This document shows positions 8,246-16,223 of a stretch of 24,592 nucleotides of DNA, piece after piece. The stretch spans positions 1 through 24,592 of IMG/VR virus record IMGVR_UViG_3300037847_000548. One strand, written 5' to 3'. The first letter of the stretch is position 1; the number at the start of each line of letters is the position of its first letter. A program made the position numbers and the translations under genes. The notes below the pieces were generated by a model. That model saw only the letters and a list, made by a program, of their open reading frames with translations, had not been told where the DNA came from and made no database searches. Source of the stretch: a virus (taxonomy: Duplodnaviria > Caudoviricetes).

Positions 8246-10256
8246 TGTGGAAAACACAGTCACAAAGAGAGATGGCAAGATGCATCTTGACCCATTTGAA
8301 GCTGATAATAAGTTAGTCATGGTGGGTTGTCTTGAAGACAATGGAACAAGACATTTGTTTAACATGGATAGCGAAGAGAATAACTTTGATGCTATACAAT
8401 CTTTGTTAGACAGGGCAACTATACTCATAGGACATAACTTTGTTTATGACTTAATGTGGTTGTGGGAATCAGGATTTAAATATGATGGTGCAATATTCTG
8501 CACAATGCTGACAGAGTATGTGTTGCAAAGAGGTGTCAAAGAACCATTACATCTCAAAGATTGTGCAAACAGATATGACTTACCTACTAAAAAGCAAGAT
8601 ACATTGAAAGATTACTTTGCAAAAGGATATGCAACTGATGAAATACCAAGAGATGAATTAACAGAATACCTGATAGCAGACTTGGAAGCCACACAACAAC
8701 TTAGTCAAAGACAATATATGAGATTAAATAGTTTGGAAGATGCAGGTTTGATGGAAACTGTTATACTAACAAACAGAGTAGCAGTTGCATTGGCTAAGAT
8801 ATATAAAAGAGGATTCAAGGTTGATGTTGATACATTAGAAAAAGTTAAGAATGAGTTTGAGAATGAAAAGATTGCCATAGAGAATAGGTTAAAGGAACAA
8901 GTTATACAACTAATGGGAGATACACCTATTAATTTAAGTAGTCCTGAACAAATGTCATGGGTTATTTATAGTAGAAAGCCAAAAGACAAGGTTATGTGGG
9001 CAAATTCTTTTACACCATATATGCCTGATAAAGATTACAAACAAACAGTCAAAGATAATTCAGACATAGTATACAAAACAAAGGCAGAGAGATGTCAAAC
9101 CTGTCTTGGCACAGGAAAAATAAGAAAGGTTAGGAAGAATGGTGTACCTTATGCTAACACTAATAATTGCAATGATTGTAACTCTAATGGATATCACTTT
9201 CAACGTACCTCTGCAGTAGCAGGACTAAAATTTACACCACCAAATGCAAAATGGATAAGTGCAAATGGTTTTACTGTCAATAAAACTAATTTAGTTATAC
9301 TACAGAACATAGCTAAGAGTAAAAATCTTACAAATGCACAAAACTTTTTAGAAGATTTACAGAGATTGTCAGCATTAGAAACATACTTATCATCTTTTGT
9401 TGAGGGAATAGCAACACACCTAAAATCTGATGGTAAATTACACGTTAGATTGTTGCAACATAGAACTGCAACAGGCAGATTTAGTGGTGCTGACCCTAAT
9501 ATGCAGAATATGCCTAGAGGTGGCACGTTTCCTGTTAAAAAAGTGTTTGTTTCTCGTTGGGAAGGTGGACAAATATTAGAAGCTGACTTTGCACAGTTAG
9601 AATTTAGAGTGTCAGCATTCTTATCTCAAGATAAAACTGCAATGAAGGAGATTGAAGATGGATTTGATGTGCATAGTTATACTGCTAGTGTTATTAGTGA
9701 TGCAGGGGAGAAAATATCTCGCCAAGAAGCGAAAGCACATACGTTTGCACCCCTGTACGGAGCAACAGGATTTGGGAGAACGATTGCTCAAGCTACATAT
9801 TATAAACAGTTCAACAAAAAGTACAAGGGAATCGCATTATGGCATTCCAAATTGGCTAAAGAGGCTATAGGAACAGGTAAAATAACAACACCATCAGGTA
9901 GAGAGTTTGCATTCCCTGATGTAAGAAGAAATTCTTATGGAAAAGTGTCTCATTTTACACAGATAAAGAATTATCCTGTGCAATCATTTGCTACTGCAGA
10001 TATTGTGCCTTTGATACTATTAGAAATAGACAAGCAGTTGTCTAAATTAGAGTCTTGTATTGTAAATACTGTACACGATTCTATTGTTATTGATGTTCAT
10101 CCAAATGAGGTAGATAAAGTAACATTTATAATTAAGAGTATGAACGAAATAATAACGGATTTAGTAAGTCAACATTTTAAGATTGATTTCAATGTGCCAT
10201 TGTTACTTGAAGCAAAAATAGGTGATAATTGGCTTGACACAAAAGATGTTTTGTGA
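8229..10256 (+). CDS. polA: family A DNA polymerase (3'-5' exonuclease + DnaJ-like Zn insertion + polymerase domain)
   Basis: ExoI LDVE, ExoII GHNFVYDL, ExoIII YLIADL, TATGRFSGADPNMQN, motif A ADFAQLEFR, motif B RQEAKAHTFAPLYG, motif C TVHDS; insertion CQTCLGTG...CNDCNSNG. Confidence 0.96.
   Translation: MKLTLDVENTVTKRDGKMHLDPFEADNKLVMVGCLEDNGTRHLFNMDSEENNFDAIQSLLDRATILIGHNFVYDLMWLWESGFKYDGAIFCTMLTEYVLQRGVKEPLHLKDCANRYDLPTKKQDTLKDYFAKGYATDEIPRDELTEYLIADLEATQQLSQRQYMRLNSLEDAGLMETVILTNRVAVALAKIYKRGFKVDVDTLEKVKNEFENEKIAIENRLKEQVIQLMGDTPINLSSPEQMSWVIYSRKPKDKVMWANSFTPYMPDKDYKQTVKDNSDIVYKTKAERCQTCLGTGKIRKVRKNGVPYANTNNCNDCNSNGYHFQRTSAVAGLKFTPPNAKWISANGFTVNKTNLVILQNIAKSKNLTNAQNFLEDLQRLSALETYLSSFVEGIATHLKSDGKLHVRLLQHRTATGRFSGADPNMQNMPRGGTFPVKKVFVSRWEGGQILEADFAQLEFRVSAFLSQDKTAMKEIEDGFDVHSYTASVISDAGEKISRQEAKAHTFAPLYGATGFGRTIAQATYYKQFNKKYKGIALWHSKLAKEAIGTGKITTPSGREFAFPDVRRNSYGKVSHFTQIKNYPVQSFATADIVPLILLEIDKQLSKLESCIVNTVHDSIVIDVHPNEVDKVTFIIKSMNEIITDLVSQHFKIDFNVPLLLEAKIGDNWLDTKDVL
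9658..9870 (+). CDS. candidate overprinted membrane peptide in the +1 frame of polA
   Basis: AAGGAG at 9645-9650, 7 nt before ATG 9658. MDLMCIVILLVLLVMQGRKYLAKKRKH... reads as a TM segment plus basic patch. Confidence 0.35.
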   Translation: MDLMCIVILLVLLVMQGRKYLAKKRKHIRLHPCTEQQDLGERLLKLHIINSSTKSTRESHYGIPNWLKRL

Positions 10257-10262
10257 TATAAC
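10234..10262 (+). promoter_or_regulatory. sigma70-type promoter overlapping the polA 3' end
   Basis: TTGACA (10234-10239), 17-nt spacer ending in TGn, TATAAC (10257-10262). Confidence 0.75.
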
Positions 10263-10291
10263 GATACAACTTTATAAAGGAGAAAACTTAT

Positions 10292-11179
10292 ATGGTAAAT
10301 GAAGTAACGACTATTGATACCAATAACTATGCAGTTATGGCTAAAGCTATGGGAATGTCAGGAGAAACATCGTCATCAGATGATAAACCTAAATCATTAC
10401 CAAGATTTAGAATTAACCATAGTCCTATTATTGGGTCAGACAAAGTGTTAGTAAAGGGTGGTACATACAAGTTAGAGATACCTGAAGAGACCACACTCTA
10501 TGGCACATCAGCAAAAATAAGACCTTTTATACAAAGATTTATGTATAAGAGGTTTGTAAAGAATATGTCTGCAAAGCAAGGAGAGCCTTTGGGGGTATAT
10601 CATAAAACCATAATGTCAGACAACTTGAATGTTGATTTAAAAGACAATCAAGGTAAGTTTAATTGTGGTAAGCCTACAGGTTATATAAAAGACTTTAAGG
10701 CATTGCCTGTGGAAACACAGGATGTTATCAGACAAATCAAAAGAGTTCGTGTCATCTTTGGCACAGTAGATTTAGTTGACTCTGTTGATGAGAATGGTAA
10801 AAAAGTAGATAGAGGAACAATTCCTTTTATTTGGGAAATAGACAACAGAGATGCTTTTAAAACTATGGGAGAGCCATTTAAAAAGTTCTCACAAGTAAAG
10901 AGATTACCTGTTGAACATTCTATTGCTCTCAATACTGAAGAGAGGAAACTTCCTAATGGTAATTCTTTTTACCTGCCTACATACACTCTTGATTTACAAG
11001 AGAAAATGGATGTATCTAAAGAAGACCAAGATACTTTCATTAACTTCATGGCTTGGATAGATAATTATAACACTTATATATACAATGAGTGGGATATGAA
11101 AACTAAAAAAGACATAAGTGATGACGATAAAAATACAGTTGATAGTTTTATTGATGTCACAGAGGAAGATGTAGCTTAG
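10292..11179 (+). CDS. conserved phage protein, putative single-stranded DNA-binding protein
   Basis: Lies directly after polA with its own promoter and AAGGAG SD; acidic C-terminal tail (DDDKNTVDSFIDVTEEDVA). Function is inferred. Confidence 0.55.
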   Translation: MVNEVTTIDTNNYAVMAKAMGMSGETSSSDDKPKSLPRFRINHSPIIGSDKVLVKGGTYKLEIPEETTLYGTSAKIRPFIQRFMYKRFVKNMSAKQGEPLGVYHKTIMSDNLNVDLKDNQGKFNCGKPTGYIKDFKALPVETQDVIRQIKRVRVIFGTVDLVDSVDENGKKVDRGTIPFIWEIDNRDAFKTMGEPFKKFSQVKRLPVEHSIALNTEERKLPNGNSFYLPTYTLDLQEKMDVSKEDQDTFINFMAWIDNYNTYIYNEWDMKTKKDISDDDKNTVDSFIDVTEEDVA

Positions 11180-11925
11180 TGAGAAGCAATAATCCATTCG
11201 CAGTTCACAATATCAATTACTTATCTCCTAGTAGTATAAACACTTTCATAGGAGATAAGCCATTGTGGATTATGCGATACCTTTTTGGTGTCAAGTCATC
11301 TAGTGGTGCAGGTGCAGTAAGAGGTATTGCAGAAGAGTATGCTTTAGCTGAAAAGTATGAGAAAGGTTTCTTTGATTTTAAAGCTCTTGATACCAAGTTC
11401 ATATCCTTGTGTTGTGAATCAGGTGTAGATTTAAATGATGGTAAAACCTTGAAAGAAAAGGATGCTCTTAAAGGCTTTGGCACTGTCCTTGACGAAAACT
11501 TTAATTATGAAAATCTTGAAACATATCAAGAAAAGGTTGAGGTTAAAGTTGAGGACTTGCCTGTGCCAATTATAGGATATGTTGACTTCTTGTTCAAAGA
11601 CAAGATAGTTGATTTAAAGACCACAAATAGAATGCCATCTAATCCTACTGAAGCACAGAAAAGACAAATGGCTATGTATTCTATGGCATATCCCAAGAAA
11701 AGTGTAGACTTGTTCTTTGCTAGTTCAAAGCAACATAAAGTGTTTACACTTAGTAATCTAACTAAGTATAAGAAGCAACTAAAAAATGTTGCTTTTACAA
11801 TACAAAGATTCTTGTCTCTTAGTGATGACAAGCATGAGTTAGCTTCTTTTGAATATCCTAACTTTGATAAGTGGGAATGGTCAGATGACATGAAAAAAGA
11901 GGCGAAGAATATATGGAGTATATAG
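11179..11925 (+). CDS. PD-(D/E)xK superfamily exonuclease (RecB/Cas4-like fold)
   Basis: LSPSSI N-terminus, YQEKV, GYVDF...IVDLKT, QMAMY motifs. Confidence 0.82.
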   Translation: MRSNNPFAVHNINYLSPSSINTFIGDKPLWIMRYLFGVKSSSGAGAVRGIAEEYALAEKYEKGFFDFKALDTKFISLCCESGVDLNDGKTLKEKDALKGFGTVLDENFNYENLETYQEKVEVKVEDLPVPIIGYVDFLFKDKIVDLKTTNRMPSNPTEAQKRQMAMYSMAYPKKSVDLFFASSKQHKVFTLSNLTKYKKQLKNVAFTIQRFLSLSDDKHELASFEYPNFDKWEWSDDMKKEAKNIWSI

Positions 11926-12143
11926 TGGAGAAAAAAGTAGAGGACTTAAAAAACGAAATAGAACAAATGGAGAAAGAGTTAGCAGAAGCTAAGAAAGCCT
12001 ATCGTGAACTCAGAACCAAAGGTCTAAGAGAAGCAATGGAAGCTAAGAAGTTAGCTGACGAAGCAGTAAAAGAAGAGATGAAGGCTCTAGGATATCCTTC
12101 AACTGCCACACATTTTAATTGGTATTGGAGAGACTTAACGTAG
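11913..12143 (+). CDS. small coiled-coil hypothetical protein
   Basis: 76-aa E/K-rich helical ORF in operon context. Confidence 0.7.
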   Translation: MEYIVEKKVEDLKNEIEQMEKELAEAKKAYRELRTKGLREAMEAKKLADEAVKEEMKALGYPSTATHFNWYWRDLT

Positions 12144-12574
12144 TGTTTGGCAGAGCACAACTAGAAGATGGATACAGGGGTGGTTTAGAGCATAGTATAG
12201 TTAAAGACTTAAATAAAAGACGAGCTAAGTTTGAATACGAAACTCTAAAGATAAAGTGGGAAGAGATAATGTATCGTTCCTACACCCCTGATTTCATTTT
12301 AAGAAACGGAATAATCATAGAAGCAAAGGGAAGATTCCTTCCTAGAGAAAGAGTTAGGGCACTAGCAATCAAAAAGCAGTTCCCTGATTTAGATATTAGA
12401 TTTGTTTTTAGTAATAGCAATGCAAAAATATACAAAGGTAGCAGTACAACTATTGCTGATTGGTGTAAACAAAAAGGTTTTATGTTTAGTGATAAGTTTA
12501 TACCTATTAGTTGGATAAGAGAAAAAGGTAAAAAGAAACACCCTGCAATAATAGACATTAGAGATAGAAAATAA
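12119..12574 (+). CDS. T7 endonuclease I-like Holliday junction resolvase
   Basis: YRGGLE, YTPDF, IIEAKGRF, DIRFVF, ADWC motifs; the real start may be GTG 12143. Confidence 0.88.
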   Translation: MVLERLNVVFGRAQLEDGYRGGLEHSIVKDLNKRRAKFEYETLKIKWEEIMYRSYTPDFILRNGIIIEAKGRFLPRERVRALAIKKQFPDLDIRFVFSNSNAKIYKGSSTTIADWCKQKGFMFSDKFIPISWIREKGKKKHPAIIDIRDRK

Positions 12575-12575
12575 T

Positions 12576-12908
12576 ATGCCTACATTAGACAACATAAATC
12601 CTGAAGACTTTCTTATACAAGTAAAGCCTATGTTAAATCCTGCTAAAAGATGGACAGGAGAAGTGGATGTTTCAGTAGTGTCATCTAAAGAAAATCCTAT
12701 GAATGATGAAGACTATTATGGGGTGTTAGAGTTTTGTAGAATCATATGTGCTAGTATTCCTATGATGGAAAAAGATGAAGATATAAGAACACGAGCTTTG
12801 GATTATTTAAAACTACAAGATGAGTTAGATAACATAAAAAATAAGCCAAAAATAATTGACAAACGAGATAATGTTATAGTAGTATCATTTGATAAGAAGA
12901 AGAAATAA
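12576..12908 (+). CDS. hypothetical protein (110 aa)
   Basis: ORF track; tightly packed in the operon. Confidence 0.7.
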   Translation: MPTLDNINPEDFLIQVKPMLNPAKRWTGEVDVSVVSSKENPMNDEDYYGVLEFCRIICASIPMMEKDEDIRTRALDYLKLQDELDNIKNKPKIIDKRDNVIVVSFDKKKK

Positions 12909-13204
12909 TGTTAAGTCATATGGAGTACATGAGGATGAGAGAAAAGCAAGAGTTAGAGAAACAGGACATGGTTAATCATCCACCTCACTATAATAAATCA
13001 GGAATAGAATGTATTGATGCAATCAAAGCAATGACAGATGATGGTTTTGAGCATTACTTGCAAGGTAATATAATGAAATACCTTTGGAGATACAGGTATA
13101 AGAATGGTGCAGAAGATTTAAAAAAAGCACAATGGTATCTCACAGAACTAATAGACGTAGTAGAAAATGATAAAAGTAAAAATGATGTTGACATTGGATG
13201 TTGA
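12908..13204 (+). CDS. DUF3310 family protein (related to T7 gp1.7 nucleotide kinase)
   Basis: VNHPPHY...ECIDAI...GNIMKYLWRY..KNG.EDLKKAQWYL signature. Confidence 0.85.
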   Translation: MLSHMEYMRMREKQELEKQDMVNHPPHYNKSGIECIDAIKAMTDDGFEHYLQGNIMKYLWRYRYKNGAEDLKKAQWYLTELIDVVENDKSKNDVDIGC

Positions 13205-13331
13205 CGAAGAAGAATATCCTGTTCCCTCTGACGGAGATGTAAGAGAAGACTTTGAGGAATATGTTAAAGAGTTGTTTTATGACGTGGATGGAGTTATAGT
13301 AAAACAAGTTAAAGTGTTAATGGAGACCTAG
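13167..13331 (+). CDS. small acidic hypothetical protein (54 aa)
   Basis: Manual translation MIKVKMMLTLDVDEEEYPVPSDGDVREDFEEYVKELFYDVDGVIVKQVKVLMET*; stop abuts the RNR ATG. Confidence 0.65.
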   Translation: MIKVKMMLTLDVDEEEYPVPSDGDVREDFEEYVKELFYDVDGVIVKQVKVLMET

Positions 13332-15260
13332 ATGAGAAATTATTTACCAACAGACTATCAAAATTTTATTGCGTTATCTCGTTACGCAAGATGGAAAGAA
13401 GACGAGCAAAGAAGAGAGACATGGGTTGAAACTGTGGACAGATACTTTGATTATATGGAAGACCATCTCAAGAAGAACAACAACTACACTTTAACTAAAG
13501 CACTCAAAGAAAAGCTATCTACTACTATCATGTCTTTAGGTATCATGCCAAGTATGAGAGCACTAATGACATCAGGTGTAGCACTAGACAGATGCCATGT
13601 TGCAGGTTACAACTGTAGTTATATACCTGTTGATAGTCCTCGTAGCTTTGATGAGTGTATGTACATTCTTATGTGTGGCACAGGTGTTGGCTTCTCTGTT
13701 GAAAGAGAGAATGTTGACAAACTTCCTGTGGTAAATGAACACTTTGAGAATAGCACTACTACAATTAGAGTAGATGATAGCAGACAAGGTTGGGCAAAAG
13801 CCTTGAGAGAACTCATTGCTATGTTATATGTAGGACAAATACCTACATGGGATGTGTCAGAGGTAAGACCTGCAGGTGCAAGACTAAAAACATTTGGTGG
13901 TAGGGCATCAGGACCTGCTCCTCTTGAAGAGCTATTTCAGTTCTGCATAGAAAAGTTTACAGGTGCAAAGGGCAGACGTTTGTTTCCTATTGAATGCCAT
14001 GATATCATGTGTAAGATAGGTGAAGTTGTTGTTGTTGGTGGTGTCAGACGTTCTGCCCTCATCTCTTTGTCTAACTTAGGCGATGACCAAATGCGTCATG
14101 CCAAATCAGGACAATGGTGGGAGAATGAGGGTCAAAGAGCATTGGCTAACAATTCTGTAGCATTCAAAGGTAAGCCTGAGATGGGTACATTTATGCGAGA
14201 GTGGACATCATTATACGAATCTAAATCAGGTGAACGTGGCATCTTTAACAGACAGGCTGCCAAAGTAAAAGCACTTGAGAATGGCAGACGAGATGCAGAC
14301 TATTACTTTGGTTGCAATCCATGTAGTGAAATTATACTTAGACCATATCAGTTTTGTAATTTAACTGAAGTTGTTTGTAGAGAAACTGATGACTTAGAGA
14401 CACTAAAAAATAAAGTTAGATTGGCTACTATTCTTGGCACATTTCAATCTACATTAACTAGATTTAAATATCTGAGAAAGGTATGGAAAGATAACACAGA
14501 AGAAGAAAGATTATTAGGTGTATCACTGACAGGTATACTTGATTGCCCTGTGTTGTCTCCTGATAATAGTAATCTAATAGTTAATCTACAGGCACTGAGA
14601 GAGGTGGCAGTAGAGACCAACAAAAAGATTGCTAAAGACTTAGGTATACCACAGTCAACTGCAATCACTTGCATCAAGCCATCAGGAACAGTATCGCAGT
14701 TAGTTGATAGTGCGAGTGGCATTCATGCTAGACATAGCGATTACTACGTTAGAACTGTACGTGGTGATAACAAAGACCCACTTACACAGTTTATGAAAGA
14801 TGTAGGTATTCCTGCAGAACCTGATGTTATGAAGCCTGATAGCACAACTGTGTTCAGCTTTCCTATGAAATCACCATCAGGTGCTACCACTAGAACTGAG
14901 ATGACTGCTATAGAACAACTAGACTATTGGCTGTTGTTTCAAAGACATTGGTGTGAGCATAAACCATCTGTAACTATATCTGTCAAGGAGCATGAATGGA
15001 TGCGAGTTGGTGCATGGGTATATGATAACTTTGATGAAGTATCAGGCATATCCTTCTTACCTTTTAGTGAGCACACATATAAACAAGCTCCTTATCAGGA
15101 TATAAATGAAGAGCAGTATAAATCTTTCATGGAGAAGATGCCTAATCACATTAATTGGTCTCTTCTAAAAGAATATGAGAAAGAAGATACTACAATAGGC
15201 AGTAAAGAGTTAGCCTGTACTGCAGGTGTCTGTGAAATAGTGGACATAGAAGCTAGTTAA
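13332..15260 (+). CDS. nrdJ: class II (adenosylcobalamin-dependent) ribonucleotide reductase
   Basis: PSMRAL, YNCSY, GGVRRSA, GCNPCSEI, FCNLTE, IKPSGTVS and C-terminal CTAGVC. No small-subunit gene nearby. Confidence 0.92.
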   Translation: MRNYLPTDYQNFIALSRYARWKEDEQRRETWVETVDRYFDYMEDHLKKNNNYTLTKALKEKLSTTIMSLGIMPSMRALMTSGVALDRCHVAGYNCSYIPVDSPRSFDECMYILMCGTGVGFSVERENVDKLPVVNEHFENSTTTIRVDDSRQGWAKALRELIAMLYVGQIPTWDVSEVRPAGARLKTFGGRASGPAPLEELFQFCIEKFTGAKGRRLFPIECHDIMCKIGEVVVVGGVRRSALISLSNLGDDQMRHAKSGQWWENEGQRALANNSVAFKGKPEMGTFMREWTSLYESKSGERGIFNRQAAKVKALENGRRDADYYFGCNPCSEIILRPYQFCNLTEVVCRETDDLETLKNKVRLATILGTFQSTLTRFKYLRKVWKDNTEEERLLGVSLTGILDCPVLSPDNSNLIVNLQALREVAVETNKKIAKDLGIPQSTAITCIKPSGTVSQLVDSASGIHARHSDYYVRTVRGDNKDPLTQFMKDVGIPAEPDVMKPDSTTVFSFPMKSPSGATTRTEMTAIEQLDYWLLFQRHWCEHKPSVTISVKEHEWMRVGAWVYDNFDEVSGISFLPFSEHTYKQAPYQDINEEQYKSFMEKMPNHINWSLLKEYEKEDTTIGSKELACTAGVCEIVDIEAS

Positions 15261-15421
15261 TGTTAGAGGGAACAGAAGACATACTATGGTGGCAATGGTG
15301 GTTGCTTATCGCTATCACTATTAATACAACAATAAACTTAATAGTTTTCTTCAAGGGTAGAAAGTTGCACATAAGAGAACTATTACATCTTAAACCAAAA
15401 GCAAAAAGGAGTATAAAATGA
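15260..15421 (+). CDS. small membrane protein (53 aa, Trp-rich TM + basic tail)
   Basis: Manual translation MLEGTEDILWWQWWLLIAITINTTINLIVFFKGRKLHIRELLHLKPKAKRSIK*; coupled by TAATG and ATGA overlaps on both sides. Confidence 0.6.
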   Translation: MLEGTEDILWWQWWLLIAITINTTINLIVFFKGRKLHIRELLHLKPKAKRSIK

Positions 15422-15663
15422 GAGAAATGTTATTGTCAGCTTTAAAATCATATTACGTTGGGCATATAAATAAACATATAGCTAACGTAGAAATATATTT
15501 AAGTAGGTCTACAGGTATTGGAGAGCACTCTGATATCATAGAAGCTATGGACAAAGAGATAGAGCATATTGATAAGTATGATGCAAGACTATCAATGATA
15601 ATGAAATATTTAGAGAGGAAGCAGATTAATGAGCAAAAAGAAGAGAAATCCAAATCTAAATAA
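15418..15663 (+). CDS. hypothetical protein (81 aa)
   Basis: ORF track; AAGGAG SD; GIGEHSDI motif. Confidence 0.75.
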   Translation: MREMLLSALKSYYVGHINKHIANVEIYLSRSTGIGEHSDIIEAMDKEIEHIDKYDARLSMIMKYLERKQINEQKEEKSKSK

Positions 15664-15904
15664 GTATGATGCACCTCTAAGAATACAGTTTGAAAGAGGT
15701 GTAAATGCTTTCAGGGGTAAACAGTACATACAAAACTTAGGCAAGAAAGGAACTAAGATAATATCTACAGTAAGTCCTTACAATCAAAATACTATGCAAC
15801 ACAGAGAGTGGCAAAGAGGATACAACTTTGCATATTATAAGAACTTGGAGAAGTTAAAACGTGAGGAAACTAGAGGAAGAAGCAAAGAAGTTCATGCAGT
15901 CTAA
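15629..15904 (+). CDS. hypothetical protein with a ribosome modulation factor (RMF/CrpP)-like motif
   Basis: FERGVNAF...SPY...HREWQRGYNFA resembles RMF RG..A...CPY...R..W..GW..A. Confidence 0.5.
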   Translation: MSKKKRNPNLNKYDAPLRIQFERGVNAFRGKQYIQNLGKKGTKIISTVSPYNQNTMQHREWQRGYNFAYYKNLEKLKREETRGRSKEVHAV

Positions 15905-16223
15905 AAACAAAAGCATGATAACTGCTGATGAGTATCAGAACAAGGCAAAGGCAACTGCAATCTATCCAAAGAAAGATGCGTTGCCTTATCTTGTTTTAGG
16001 TCTTACAAGTGAAGCAGGAGAGGTAGCAGGGAAAGCTAAAAAATTAATACGTGATGGCACAGAGTCTGACTTAGCATCAGAGATTGGTGATGTGTTGTGG
16101 TATTGTGCCATGTTAGCTACAGAACTAAATGTTAGTCTTGGTAAGCTAATGGAAAATAATCTTGATAAGTTATATGACAGAAAGAAGAGAGGCACTATAC
16201 AAGGGTCAGGAGATACTAGATAG
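15861..16223 (+). CDS. mazG: MazG-like nucleoside triphosphate pyrophosphohydrolase
   Basis: GLTSEAGEVAGK...SEIGDVLWY...NLDKL.DR..RG motifs. Confidence 0.9.
   Translation: MRKLEEEAKKFMQSKNKSMITADEYQNKAKATAIYPKKDALPYLVLGLTSEAGEVAGKAKKLIRDGTESDLASEIGDVLWYCAMLATELNVSLGKLMENNLDKLYDRKKRGTIQGSGDTR

Noticed and set aside
11179-11925. Cas4-like nuclease as a sign of a CRISPR system
   Set aside because: No repeat-spacer array or other cas genes; stand-alone PD-(D/E)xK nucleases are routine in phage replication modules.
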